Of a DNA stretch of 64,000 nucleotides, positions 55,556-64,000 are shown one piece after another; the stretch's first letter is position 1, and every line of letters begins with the position of its first letter. The notes beneath the pieces were generated by a model. It made no database searches. It was not told where the DNA came from and worked only from the letters and a program-made list of their open reading frames with translations. The translations under genes and the position numbers were made by a program. The DNA comes from Candidatus Saccharimonadota bacterium (GTDB taxonomy: Bacteria > Patescibacteriota > Saccharimonadia > Saccharimonadales > JAGQNJ01): assembly GCA_020428405.1 (NCBI GenBank), contig JAGQMZ010000002.1:33-64032 (forward strand), in the 5' to 3' direction.

Positions 55556-56858
55556 TATTCCTATAGTCTTTTACGATACTTACGATTCTTTGCAAGCTAT
55601 GGGCTTCTTCTTTACCTGAGCTTAAATTTTTAAGTTTAAACTGACCTGATTCAACTTCATTATCACCTACAAATAGCATGTATGGCACAGTTTTTTTTGT
55701 GGCATTTTTTATTTGCTTTTCTAACTTATTACCAGAGAAATCAGCTGCCACATTTACGCCCATTTCGCGCAACTCGTTTATTAACCGCAAAGCCTCGTTC
55801 TTATTGCCAGTAAGAACCGCTGCGTAAACCTCAACAGAGCTAGAAACCTTAGGCAATAGATTATGCAAAAACAAGAAATTATATAACGTCGCATCCCCCA
55901 TACCAAAGCCAACTGTCGGCACCGGCTCAACGCCAAATTCACCAATCAGACCATCATAACGACCTCCACCAAACATGGAGCGATTATTTTCTGGATGTGT
56001 GTCAAATACTTCAAAAACAATGTCTGTATAATAATCAAACCCGCGCATTAAGCTAAGATCAAACACCACATTATTTATTGAACTATTATTACAAAGATTG
56101 ATAAGCTCTGTGAGCTTCTGACTGCTTTCATGCTGTTTTAGTTCAATCGGTAAATCTTCTATTGTACTTATAGATAAAATGTTTAGTAGTTTACTGCCAA
56201 CATTATTTTGTCTTTGATTTTCGTCTAAAATTGTATTCAATTTTGCGCTAAATTCGCTGCCTGACATTTTATCTTTTTTGTCAATCAGCCTTATAAGAGA
56301 TTCTGACTGAACATCATTAATTTTAAGATGGTCTTCTAACAAATAATTGATAAGTTTACGGCTATTAATTTTAACTTGGTACATATTAGGCTGAGCCTCA
56401 AAAGCCGACATAATGCCAGAGCTAATTTGAATCATTTCAAATTCAGCTAAAATATTATCTACTCCAAATAAATCAACATTTAATTGCCAGAACTCTCGAA
56501 GCCGGCCTTTTTGCGGTCTTTCATAACGCCATAAGTTTGGGATTGAGTAAAGTCTTAGCGGGTAACCAAATTCTTGCCGTCTAGCAGCTACCATACGACT
56601 AACGCTAGGTGTCATTTCCGTTCGCATGGTTATGTTACGACCGCCCCTATCAGTAAAGCTATAGGTTTGTTCGTTTACAATTTCGTCGCTAGTTTTTGAG
56701 GCGTAAAGCTCAGTCGGCTCTAGTACTGGTGCGTCATATTCTTCATAGCCAAAGCTTTCAACAACATTTCGCCAAACACTAAACATCTGTTTCTGTAAGC
56801 GTTTGTCTTCTGGGTAAAAATCTCGAGCCCCTTTATAAGGTTGGGTTGATAAACTCAT
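55542..56858 (-). CDS. hisS: Histidine--tRNA ligase
   Basis: YKGARDFYPED, class II motifs RYERPQKGRLREFWQ and FGGGRYDGL, plus a C-terminal anticodon-binding domain. TATAAT lies 8 nt before the ATG. Confidence 0.93.
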   Translation of the reverse strand: MSLSTQPYKGARDFYPEDKRLQKQMFSVWRNVVESFGYEEYDAPVLEPTELYASKTSDEIVNEQTYSFTDRGGRNITMRTEMTPSVSRMVAARRQEFGYPLRLYSIPNLWRYERPQKGRLREFWQLNVDLFGVDNILAEFEMIQISSGIMSAFEAQPNMYQVKINSRKLINYLLEDHLKINDVQSESLIRLIDKKDKMSGSEFSAKLNTILDENQRQNNVGSKLLNILSISTIEDLPIELKQHESSQKLTELINLCNNSSINNVVFDLSLMRGFDYYTDIVFEVFDTHPENNRSMFGGGRYDGLIGEFGVEPVPTVGFGMGDATLYNFLFLHNLLPKVSSSVEVYAAVLTGNKNEALRLINELREMGVNVAADFSGNKLEKQIKNATKKTVPYMLFVGDNEVESGQFKLKNLSSGKEEAHSLQRIVSIVKDYRNNDSN

Positions 56859-57105
56859 TTGTATTTATTATACACATTATTTTTAAAAATCTTTATGCTT
56901 ATTTATTAGTATTATTCTAAATATATTTTTGGTAGCAGACTGGTGCCGGACTGGTACAACTTAAACTACCCCTGTTATTTTGACCAAAAGCGGATTTAAA
57001 TCCGCTTTAACTCCGCTTTTCCAGCATTCTGTGACTTCGTGCCTATAAATCAGCACATTATTTATTAATAAACTGTAAAAAAGCCTCGGATGAGACTCTC
57101 CTACT

Positions 57106-57124
57106 TTGGTGGGCGAGAAAGGAC
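57106..57124 (-). repeat. Direct repeat of the 3' end of tRNA-Leu (att-like scar)
   Basis: TTGGTGGGCGAGAAAGGAC (19 nt) is identical at 57106-57124 and 57236-57254. The second copy covers the last 18 nt of the tRNA-Leu gene plus one flanking base. Confidence 0.6.
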
Positions 57125-57202
57125 AACGCTGGGGCTACGCACCCGACTAACCTTCCCGTTCGCTTCGCTCACTTATTGAAGTTTCATGACATTTCGACGG
57201 CA

Positions 57203-57229
57203 ACAAAAAAGCAGTCCACAAGGACTGCC
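57203..57229 (-). terminator. Intrinsic terminator after tRNA-Leu
   Basis: Minus strand reads GCAGTCC-ttgt-GGACTGC followed by TTTTTTGTT. Confidence 0.7.
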
Positions 57230-57236
57230 TCTTTGT

Positions 57237-57321
57237 TGGTGGGCGAGAAAGGACTTGAACCTTCACGCCTTGCGGCACTAGTTCCTAAGACTAGCGTGTC
57301 TACCAATTCCACCACTCGCCC
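57237..57321 (-). tRNA. trnL: tRNA-Leu (anticodon UAG), long variable arm
   Basis: Acceptor GGGCGAG/CTCGCCC, anticodon loop CU-UAG-GA, extra arm, GGTTCAAGTCC, discriminator A, encoded CCA. Confidence 0.9.
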
Positions 57322-57377
57322 ACGGTGCTAATTACAAGATGTTATTTTACTTGTTTTTGACTAAAAACTCCAGTGTT

Positions 57378-57917
57378 TTATTTCTGCATTATTAATATTG
57401 ATGCGTTGGCATATTCTTTGATGGTTATTTCTTTTAGGTCCTCTAGTTTTTGAGCTACCTCTTTGACCTGCCCGGTCGGCAAAGAGCAAACCATGATTCC
57501 ACCATCAACTAAGTACTTATGCATTTGCTCAAGAACGCTTATTTTTACATCATTATATGGAGGGTCGCAAAAGATAATATCAAATATAAGATTGTTGGTT
57601 TTCAGCCATGAAGAAACGTTAGATACAGATACACTTAGTTCATTGCCCAACCGAAGCAAGTCTTTATTCTTTTGTATAGTACTAAACGCAGATTTGTCTT
57701 TTTCTACAGCATAAACTTTTTGGGCACCCCTACTTACAGCCTCAAAGGCTAATGCGCCACTACCTGAATACGCGTCAAGTACTGTTAGGCCTGATATGTC
57801 ACCCAACATATTAAAGATTGCCGAACGTATCTTTTCTGACATCGGGTGAGTCTTATGCCCCTTTGGTGCATCAAATCGTCTACCACCCAGGCTGCCACTT
57901 GTAACACGCAACTTCAC
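57378..57917 (-). CDS. rsmD: 16S rRNA (guanine966-N2)-methyltransferase RsmD-like
   Basis: HPMSEKIRSAIFNMLGD, VLDAYSGSGALAFEAVSRGA and DPPY are the RsmD family layout. Confidence 0.8.
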   Translation of the reverse strand: MKLRVTSGSLGGRRFDAPKGHKTHPMSEKIRSAIFNMLGDISGLTVLDAYSGSGALAFEAVSRGAQKVYAVEKDKSAFSTIQKNKDLLRLGNELSVSVSNVSSWLKTNNLIFDIIFCDPPYNDVKISVLEQMHKYLVDGGIMVCSLPTGQVKEVAQKLEDLKEITIKEYANASILIMQK

Positions 57918-57918
57918 A

Positions 57919-58737
57919 TTAATTTACCTCTATAATGCCAGCGTCGATAAGTGCAAGATACCAAATAAGAGTAACAGTTTTTACAATTGAGGGGGCTAGC
58001 TTATTACGAACCTCCCACATTAACTTTGTCGACCAGCCACGTTTTCTAAATCTTTCATACATATCGAGGACGGCGATTTCTCTCGCTGAGCGCTTGAAAG
58101 TATTAACTGGACCAACTTCTACGGCTTTTTTTATCTCTTCTTTTGTCGGTTTGGCACTATTAATGCTTAGTGGGGCAATAATCGTAGCAATACCGAGCTC
58201 GAACATACCATGCGTAGTCATCAACCCCTTTGGTCCGTATACTTTCCAGCTTTTTTTAAAGGTATCGCGCTTGGTTTCGCCTTTTGGTATTACTTTATCT
58301 CTAATAGTTGTTCTGGTTTCTTTTTCTTCTCCCCGTATTTCGCTTAATTTTTGTTCATACGGATAATGGTGAGCTGGCGTTAAACCATCAACTATTGCAT
58401 GGGCCAGCCAAGCAGCCTCGAATGCTGTACGTTCATTATTTTTCTTTTTTAATTCTTTTACGAGCTGGTTGTAGTGGTCTTTAATTAACTCAAGAAGTTG
58501 TGAATCGTCTTCGTCAAACGGGCTGTAATAATGCCAGGGTTCATCTTTTGCTGGACTTTTACGTTTTATTGCATCAGGGCCTTTTCTTCCTTCAAAATGA
58601 AGTATATGTCTTGACGCGGGAAACAGTTTTTTATTTGGTAATAGTTCTCCAAGCTTAGCTCTGGCAACTCGATCAAGTTTTTGGTGAGCACCAAGTACAC
58701 GCCCAGACATCGGTGTTAATGTTGTTCCTGAATACAT
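57919..58737 (-). CDS. Hypothetical protein (272 aa), His-rich motifs
   Basis: ORF with WLAHAIVDGLTPAHH-type motifs. No confident family. Confidence 0.5.
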   Translation of the reverse strand: MYSGTTLTPMSGRVLGAHQKLDRVARAKLGELLPNKKLFPASRHILHFEGRKGPDAIKRKSPAKDEPWHYYSPFDEDDSQLLELIKDHYNQLVKELKKKNNERTAFEAAWLAHAIVDGLTPAHHYPYEQKLSEIRGEEKETRTTIRDKVIPKGETKRDTFKKSWKVYGPKGLMTTHGMFELGIATIIAPLSINSAKPTKEEIKKAVEVGPVNTFKRSAREIAVLDMYERFRKRGWSTKLMWEVRNKLAPSIVKTVTLIWYLALIDAGIIEVN

Positions 58738-58738
58738 A

Positions 58739-58885
58739 TTACAATTGCTGACGTTTATAAGACAAATCTACCCTACTGCACTCTTCAAATTTTAACAAAC
58801 TTGCCAGAACCTCGATTTTTCTCATCGTGCGGTAAAAATGGTCTACGATTTGTCCAGTTAGTTTTTTTTCTCTTCTTAAAGTCAT
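58739..58885 (-). CDS. Possible 48-aa ORF (MTLRREKKLTGQIVDHFYRTMRKIEVLASLLKFEECSRVDLSYKRQQL), not in the track
   Basis: Starts 3 nt after the recG stop and ends 1 nt before the next ATG. Contains repeat copy C, so it could instead be a non-coding element. Confidence 0.3.
   Translation of the reverse strand: MTLRREKKLTGQIVDHFYRTMRKIEVLASLLKFEECSRVDLSYKRQQL
58801..58880. repeat. Copy C (diverged) of the structured intergenic repeat
   Basis: Shares TTTTTCTCATCGTGC (15 nt), plus GG.AAAAATG and TTCTCTTCTTAA blocks collinear with copies A and B. Confidence 0.4.
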
Positions 58886-58888
58886 TTT

Positions 58889-60922
58889 CTAGTTAAGATG
58901 CACAACTGATTGCAGTTGTTTAATTCGTTCTTTAATGTAAGGATATTGTACCAGATTTTTTGGATCATCCATGAATTGCTTGGCAGCCCTACTGGCAGCT
59001 GCGATTAATTTTGCATCTGAAAAATTTGCAACTCTTAAATCTAAAATTCCGTGTTGTCTTGTGCCATATATTGCCCCTGCGCCTCTTAATTCGAGGTCAA
59101 GTTCTGCCAGCTTAAAACCATCGTTTGTAGATTTGATAGCTCTGATTCTTCTAGTTGGCTCATTTTCTGTTAGCAAATAACACTCGCCTTGTTCATTTCC
59201 TCTACCAATCCGACCACGTAATTGATGGAGTTGGGCCAACCCAAATCTGTCCGCCGATTCAATTACCATGATGTTGGCATTGGGAACATTTACTCCAACT
59301 TCAATTACAGTTGTAGAAATTAAAATATCTACCTTTCCTTTTATGAACTTTTTCATTATTGCAGCTTTATCTTCTCCGGTCATCTTGCCGTGAAGAACTT
59401 CTATTTTTAACCCTTTAAGGAGAGTGCTTAATTCTTGATGAACTTTTTCAACTGATTTGATAAAAATTGTATCGCCTGGAGAAATTACTGGGCAAACTAC
59501 ATACGCTTGGCAGGTTGTAGATTTAATTTTTTTATATATATCTTGGTAAAGTTTCAGCCTATCTGTTGGCTTTATGAGCTGTGTAGTAACTTTTTTTCTA
59601 CCTTGAGGCTTTTCATTGATAATACTAACATCCAATTCTCCAAAAACAGTTAAAGCTAAGCTTCGTGGTATTGGCGTTGCCGTCATACTAAGCATATGCG
59701 GCGATATATTTGTCTTTGACAGAAGATGTCTACGTTGGTTTACTCCGAACCTATGCTGTTCATCAGTTATTACTAAGCCAATGTCTTGATACTCAATTTT
59801 ATCTTGAAGCAATGCGTGGGTTCCAATAATGAGCCTAGGTTTTAAAGCCGATTTAACATCCTTTTTAATATCTTCTTTTTGCTTTTTTGACATACTGCCA
59901 ACTAGTAAAGTTATTTGATTTTGAAAACCAACCCCATCAAGTAATTCATAAAATGTTTCAGTATGCTGCCGGGCTAATATTTCGGTGGGAGCTAAAAAAA
60001 TTACTTGATATCCTTGATTTAAAGTCAGCATTGACGCCATAGCGGCTACTACAGTTTTGCCCGAGCCAACATCACCTTCTAATAAACGATTCATGGGTTT
60101 TGATTGCGATATATCCTGATATATTTGCCAGGCAGTTTTTCTTTGCGCATTAGTAAGTTTAAATGGCAGCTGCTTGATAAACTGATCAGTTATATTTAAG
60201 TCTATCTCTATCTTAGGTGCATCAGCTCGTGCGACCTCTTTTCGTGCACTCTGACTGGCAATTGACAATTCAAAAATTTCTTCAAAGCCAAGCCGGTAGC
60301 GAGATTCGTCAATTTCGCTAATCGAACTAGGCCGGTGAAGCTGCTTATAAGCATCTGCGGAGGATATTAAATTATTCTGTTGACAAACTATATCTGGTAA
60401 AGTTTCCTTAATTTTGGGTTTTAAGGCAAATATATTTGCAAGATGTTTTCGAATTTGCTTAGACGACAAACCTTTGGTTTCAGGATATACAGGCAGTATT
60501 CGTCCGCTGTTAACTGATAAATCTGAAACTAATTCGGCAGATGGGTTTCGAAGCGACAGCCTGTTACCACCAAAGTCAAATTTTCCTGATATAAAGTATT
60601 CTACATTGTGCCGTAAAGACTTTGCTCTATATGGCTGGTTAAACCAAATAACACCTACGCTGGCCGTGTTATCACTTGCTATTGCTTCAGTAATATGTAT
60701 GCCTCCACGGCTATAACGGCTGTGAACCGAACTTATTTTAGCTTTTATTGTTACGTTGCCGGGTGTTAGTGTTGCGACTTTTTGAACATGACTATAATCT
60801 TCATACTTTCTAGGAATATGTTTTAGTAGTCCTGATACGTCATAAATGCCAAGTTTGTTATATAGCTTGCTGGTTTTTTCGCCAACTCCTTTAATACTCT
60901 CAATATTTGTTGAAAGCTCCAT
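58889..60922 (-). CDS. recG: ATP-dependent DNA helicase RecG
   Basis: Wedge/OB N-terminus, helicase motifs GDVGSGKT, DEQHRFG, TATPIPR, QLRGRIGRG. Confidence 0.93.
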   Translation of the reverse strand: MELSTNIESIKGVGEKTSKLYNKLGIYDVSGLLKHIPRKYEDYSHVQKVATLTPGNVTIKAKISSVHSRYSRGGIHITEAIASDNTASVGVIWFNQPYRAKSLRHNVEYFISGKFDFGGNRLSLRNPSAELVSDLSVNSGRILPVYPETKGLSSKQIRKHLANIFALKPKIKETLPDIVCQQNNLISSADAYKQLHRPSSISEIDESRYRLGFEEIFELSIASQSARKEVARADAPKIEIDLNITDQFIKQLPFKLTNAQRKTAWQIYQDISQSKPMNRLLEGDVGSGKTVVAAMASMLTLNQGYQVIFLAPTEILARQHTETFYELLDGVGFQNQITLLVGSMSKKQKEDIKKDVKSALKPRLIIGTHALLQDKIEYQDIGLVITDEQHRFGVNQRRHLLSKTNISPHMLSMTATPIPRSLALTVFGELDVSIINEKPQGRKKVTTQLIKPTDRLKLYQDIYKKIKSTTCQAYVVCPVISPGDTIFIKSVEKVHQELSTLLKGLKIEVLHGKMTGEDKAAIMKKFIKGKVDILISTTVIEVGVNVPNANIMVIESADRFGLAQLHQLRGRIGRGNEQGECYLLTENEPTRRIRAIKSTNDGFKLAELDLELRGAGAIYGTRQHGILDLRVANFSDAKLIAAASRAAKQFMDDPKNLVQYPYIKERIKQLQSVVHLN

Positions 60923-60939
60923 AGTTGTAAGTATAACTG

Positions 60940-61743
60940 TTATCCAGCTTTTTTTATCAAAAAGAAGACACTTGGACCAAAGTATGTTTTTGCAAGAGCT
61001 AGCTGGAGAAAGGTTTCGGCAGATAACATAATACTTTGCGGAACGACTTTTTTCAGAGTAGGTGATCTTAGGTTGGAAACTGAAAGTACTCTATCGACTT
61101 TAAGCCCCGCATGTGCAAGCTGTTTAATTACTGTTTTAGGATTATGGTTCACGAATGCCACTTCATCATCTCGCTTATTTTCGGGACTCCTAATATCAAT
61201 TGGCTCTGTCGGCATTTTTTGCATCTTGAGCATATGTTTAATACGATTTCTGCCGTGTGCATAGTTAGCGATTTCAAGAATAAAAGTTCCTGTCTCGCCA
61301 AGTGCCCTGGCTACTTCTGCAAATTCTGAGCTTGGATCTGGTAAATGATGCATAACACGAATCATTGTTATTAAATCTATCGTGCCTTTTTTAAACTTAA
61401 GGTCATCAGCCTGCATTAATTTTTGACTGATTTCAGGGTGATCTTTAAGGTAAACCTTGGCGATTTCTAACTGTTGCTTGCTGGGCTCGGCCAAAGTCAC
61501 TTTATCTGCATACTGTTCCAATAAAATGCACAGCCTCCCATAACCGCCACCAATATCTACAGCTTGCTTAAAGTGCTTGCCTTTTAAAAGACGTTTTATT
61601 GCAAGCTCTTCTGCTGCGTGTTCGTAATCTCTGCCGTCCCAGTACTCAAGATAGTTATAATTGCCAGAGTCGTATTGATCGGCTTTTTTATGTTTATCGC
61701 TACTAGAAGGCTTTTTCTGCTTATTTTTCTTATTCATACCCAA
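60940..61743 (-). CDS. Class I SAM-dependent methyltransferase
   Basis: Motif I VDIGGGYGRL and a downstream acidic loop. Substrate unknown. Confidence 0.7.
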   Translation of the reverse strand: MGMNKKNKQKKPSSSDKHKKADQYDSGNYNYLEYWDGRDYEHAAEELAIKRLLKGKHFKQAVDIGGGYGRLCILLEQYADKVTLAEPSKQQLEIAKVYLKDHPEISQKLMQADDLKFKKGTIDLITMIRVMHHLPDPSSEFAEVARALGETGTFILEIANYAHGRNRIKHMLKMQKMPTEPIDIRSPENKRDDEVAFVNHNPKTVIKQLAHAGLKVDRVLSVSNLRSPTLKKVVPQSIMLSAETFLQLALAKTYFGPSVFFLIKKAG

Positions 61744-61757
61744 AACAGTATAGCAGG

Positions 61758-63008
61758 TTAGTTTTTAATTTGAACAATGGCATTTGAGTTTTTACCACGG
61801 CGCAATACCGCGTGTTTTCCGTCAATTAAATCGTCTTTTGAAAATCTATAATCCAGGTTAATGGGATTACCGTTAACATAAACTGCATTTTGCTCTATGA
61901 ATCTTCTGGCTTGACTGTTTGATTCTGCCAAACCTGCTTCGACTAATGCGTTAATAACCGGCTCGCCAATACTAGATTCACTAAGAGGAAGTTCGGATTT
62001 AAGCTGAACTATATTATCGGCAGATATGTCTGTGTAATCTTTGTCCCCAAATAACACGTCGGTAATGTTAGCTACGGAATCTGCAGCCTGTTTTCCATGA
62101 ACTAAACTTGTAACTTCGTAAGCAAGTATTCTTTGTGCGCTTCTGGAAGATTTATCGTCGTCAAATTCTTGCATAACCTGCTCAATTTTTGATTTTTCTA
62201 ATTCTGTATATACCTTAAGATAGCCTTCGATACCCTCGTCATCGACATTAAGCCAAAATTGATAGAACTTATATGGGCTTGTCTTCTTGGGATCTAGCCA
62301 CACTGCACCGTCTTCAGACTTGCCGAATTTCTTGCCAGTAGTTTTATTAATTATTAACGGCATAGTAAGAGCATTGACTTCATCACCCGTCTCCCGGCGT
62401 ACAAGATCTACACCACTAATGCAGTTCCCCCACTGATCCGAACCGGACAGCTGTAAATTTACCCCAAATTTCTGATGTAAATGAAGAAAATCGTACCCTT
62501 GTAGTAAGGTATAACTAAACTCCGTATAACTAATACCAGAGCCGCCCTCCCCCATTCTTTTAGCGATGTAATCCCTCTGTACTAAAGGCGTCATAGAAAA
62601 ATTTTTGCCAACATCACGCAAAAATTCAATTACTGTCATATCCTTGAACCAATCAAGATTATTGACTAGTGTTATTTCATAACCCTGAAAAATACTCTCT
62701 ATTTGTTGTTTTGCAGATTCCACATTTTTTGCTACTGTTTCCTCACTTTGCAAAATACGCTCGGCATCTTTTCCGCCCGGGTCGCCTATTAAACTTGTTG
62801 CTCCACCTGCTAGTAAAATGCCCTTATGGCCATGACGCAGAAAAACCTTATCTAGCATCATGGCAGCTAAATTACCAACAGTTTGCGAGTCTGCCGAAGC
62901 ATCGAAACCATGATAAAAAATCCAATTATTGTTATCTAGTCTATTAATATCGCTTAATGTAGTTTGGTTTACAAATCCTCTCCATTTGAGTTCTTCAGAT
63001 AAAGTCAT
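61758..63008 (-). CDS. tyrS: Tyrosine--tRNA ligase
   Basis: LKWRGFVNQTT, YHGFDASADSQTVGNL (HIGH-type region), KFGKS and a C-terminal S4 domain. The ATG at 63008 is preferred to the track's TTG at 63038. Confidence 0.93.
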   Translation of the reverse strand: MTLSEELKWRGFVNQTTLSDINRLDNNNWIFYHGFDASADSQTVGNLAAMMLDKVFLRHGHKGILLAGGATSLIGDPGGKDAERILQSEETVAKNVESAKQQIESIFQGYEITLVNNLDWFKDMTVIEFLRDVGKNFSMTPLVQRDYIAKRMGEGGSGISYTEFSYTLLQGYDFLHLHQKFGVNLQLSGSDQWGNCISGVDLVRRETGDEVNALTMPLIINKTTGKKFGKSEDGAVWLDPKKTSPYKFYQFWLNVDDEGIEGYLKVYTELEKSKIEQVMQEFDDDKSSRSAQRILAYEVTSLVHGKQAADSVANITDVLFGDKDYTDISADNIVQLKSELPLSESSIGEPVINALVEAGLAESNSQARRFIEQNAVYVNGNPINLDYRFSKDDLIDGKHAVLRRGKNSNAIVQIKN

Positions 63009-63134
63009 ACTAGATATTAATATTACATACTTAGGCAAGTTAGTACAGTTTATATCAGCAAAAATTCAGCTCTTTCACGTATATGGTTATTTGGTATAAT
63101 ATCCTGGTAACTATGGAGCACACAGATTAAATAT

Positions 63135-64000
63135 ATGAAGACCTCTAAACGACGTAGTCGTGTACATAAAAATACGTTCACAACTCGCAGCGGAAAAACA
63201 GTAAAAGTAAATCGAAGTATATCGCAAAAATTAAAGAATGCCCGCGATGCAAAAGCGTTAAATAAAGCGAATAGGCTTAGTGGAATGCCGAAATCAAGGC
63301 TTAAACGAATAGCCTACAGAATGCACCCAAAGAGATTAAAAGAATACTGGTTTAGTCGCGAGGGTGGTTTAATGGCTCTTAAACTGCTGGGGGCTTCATT
63401 TATTATTGGTTTCATCATACTTGCCGGATTATTTGCATATTTCAGAAAAGATTTGCCAAATCTTCGTGATATTTCTGGAAACAACATAGGTGGAAGCATA
63501 AGGTATTATGACCGGACCGGCGAAACTCTCTTATTTGAAGATTATGATGCTGTTAAGAGAATACCAGTTAAGGATGAAGAAATTAGTCAATATGCTAAAG
63601 ATGCCACTGTAGCTATTGAAGATAAAGACTTCTTTGAACATGGTGGGTTTGATGTCAGAGGAATTATGCGAGCGGGCGTTAACAATGTCTTTGGTCTATC
63701 CGGTGGTCAACAAGGAGGCTCAACTATAACACAACAGTTAGTTAAATTGTCCCAGGACTGGACTCGTGACCAATCCTACACCAGAAAGATTAAAGAGCTA
63801 ATACTAGCTGTTGAGCTTGAAAGGACATATTCAAAACAAGAAATATTGGTAGGTTATTTAAATACTGCACCTTATGGTGGTATCGAGTACGGAATTGAAG
63901 CAGCAGCTAGAAATTATTTTGAAAAATCTGCCAAAGACCTAACACTTGATGAGGCTGTAATGTTTGCTGCCATACCAAAATCGCCGGCGTATTATTCACC
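63135..64000 (+). CDS. Penicillin-binding protein 1A-like (GT51 transglycosylase domain); 3' end outside the window
   Basis: My translation from the ATG at 63135 gives a basic N-terminus, a TM helix, then AIEDKDFFEHGGFD, GGSTITQQLVK and RKIKELILAVELE. The frame stays open to base 64000. Confidence 0.85.
   Translation, partial: MKTSKRRSRVHKNTFTTRSGKTVKVNRSISQKLKNARDAKALNKANRLSGMPKSRLKRIAYRMHPKRLKEYWFSREGGLMALKLLGASFIIGFIILAGLFAYFRKDLPNLRDISGNNIGGSIRYYDRTGETLLFEDYDAVKRIPVKDEEISQYAKDATVAIEDKDFFEHGGFDVRGIMRAGVNNVFGLSGGQQGGSTITQQLVKLSQDWTRDQSYTRKIKELILAVELERTYSKQEILVGYLNTAPYGGIEYGIEAAARNYFEKSAKDLTLDEAVMFAAIPKSPAYYS

Noticed and set aside
57125-57200. GC-rich segment after tRNA-Leu as an SRP/4.5S RNA or second tRNA
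   Set aside because: It contains GGGAAGG but not the conserved SRP domain IV loops, and it has no cloverleaf. Only the last 18-19 nt match the tRNA-Leu 3' end.

Overview
AT-rich, tightly packed bacterial core-genome segment. About 59 kb is transcribed on the minus strand. In transcription order (descending coordinates): tyrS, a methyltransferase, recG, rsmD, tRNA-Leu, hisS, tig, clpP, rpoB-rpoC, rpsL-rpsG-fusA-tuf, the S10/spc/alpha ribosomal-protein operons (rpsJ to rplQ), rplM-rpsI, an ATP-grasp-like/M20 peptidase pair, trpS, rluD, holB, a tRNA-Thr/Tyr/Thr cluster, rpmG, an Rpf/LysM wall hydrolase, a PAS histidine kinase, secE-nusG-rplK-rplA, a dTTP module (tmk, dcd, tmk-thyX fusion) and rplJ-rplL. 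S5 is followed directly by L15 with no L30. This, plus the compaction, fits a CPR/Patescibacteria (Saccharibacteria-like) genome with the standard genetic code. The left 3.8 kb is an accessory island: the tail of a diversity-generating retroelement (adenine-depleted variable region in a C-type-lectin-like gene end, GC hairpin, Avd-like gene), an AbrB/PIN toxin-antitoxin pair, a replication-relaxation protein and an IS1595 element.

Main hunt results:
- Two paralogous leaderless 25-codon Trp/Tyr-rich mini-ORFs and one Ile-rich 17-codon mini-ORF. Each has a strong promoter, an antiterminator-like box and an intrinsic terminator, so they look like ribosome-mediated attenuators. They sit upstream of trpS, the ATP-grasp-like/M20 pair and a hypothetical gene.
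- Arrays of the palindrome TTACGTAA at 12-bp phasing upstream of rplK and inside the S10 operon. The second array is next to an AbrB-like ORF that has no canonical start codon.
- Small acidic lineage-specific ORFs wedged into ribosomal and other operon junctions that are normally contiguous.
- A three-copy structured intergenic repeat.
- A CIRCE operator on the clpP promoter.
- Widespread leaderless starts, and -35 boxes that overlap the TGA stop of the upstream gene.

All calls come from reading the sequence and ORF translations. No database search was run.
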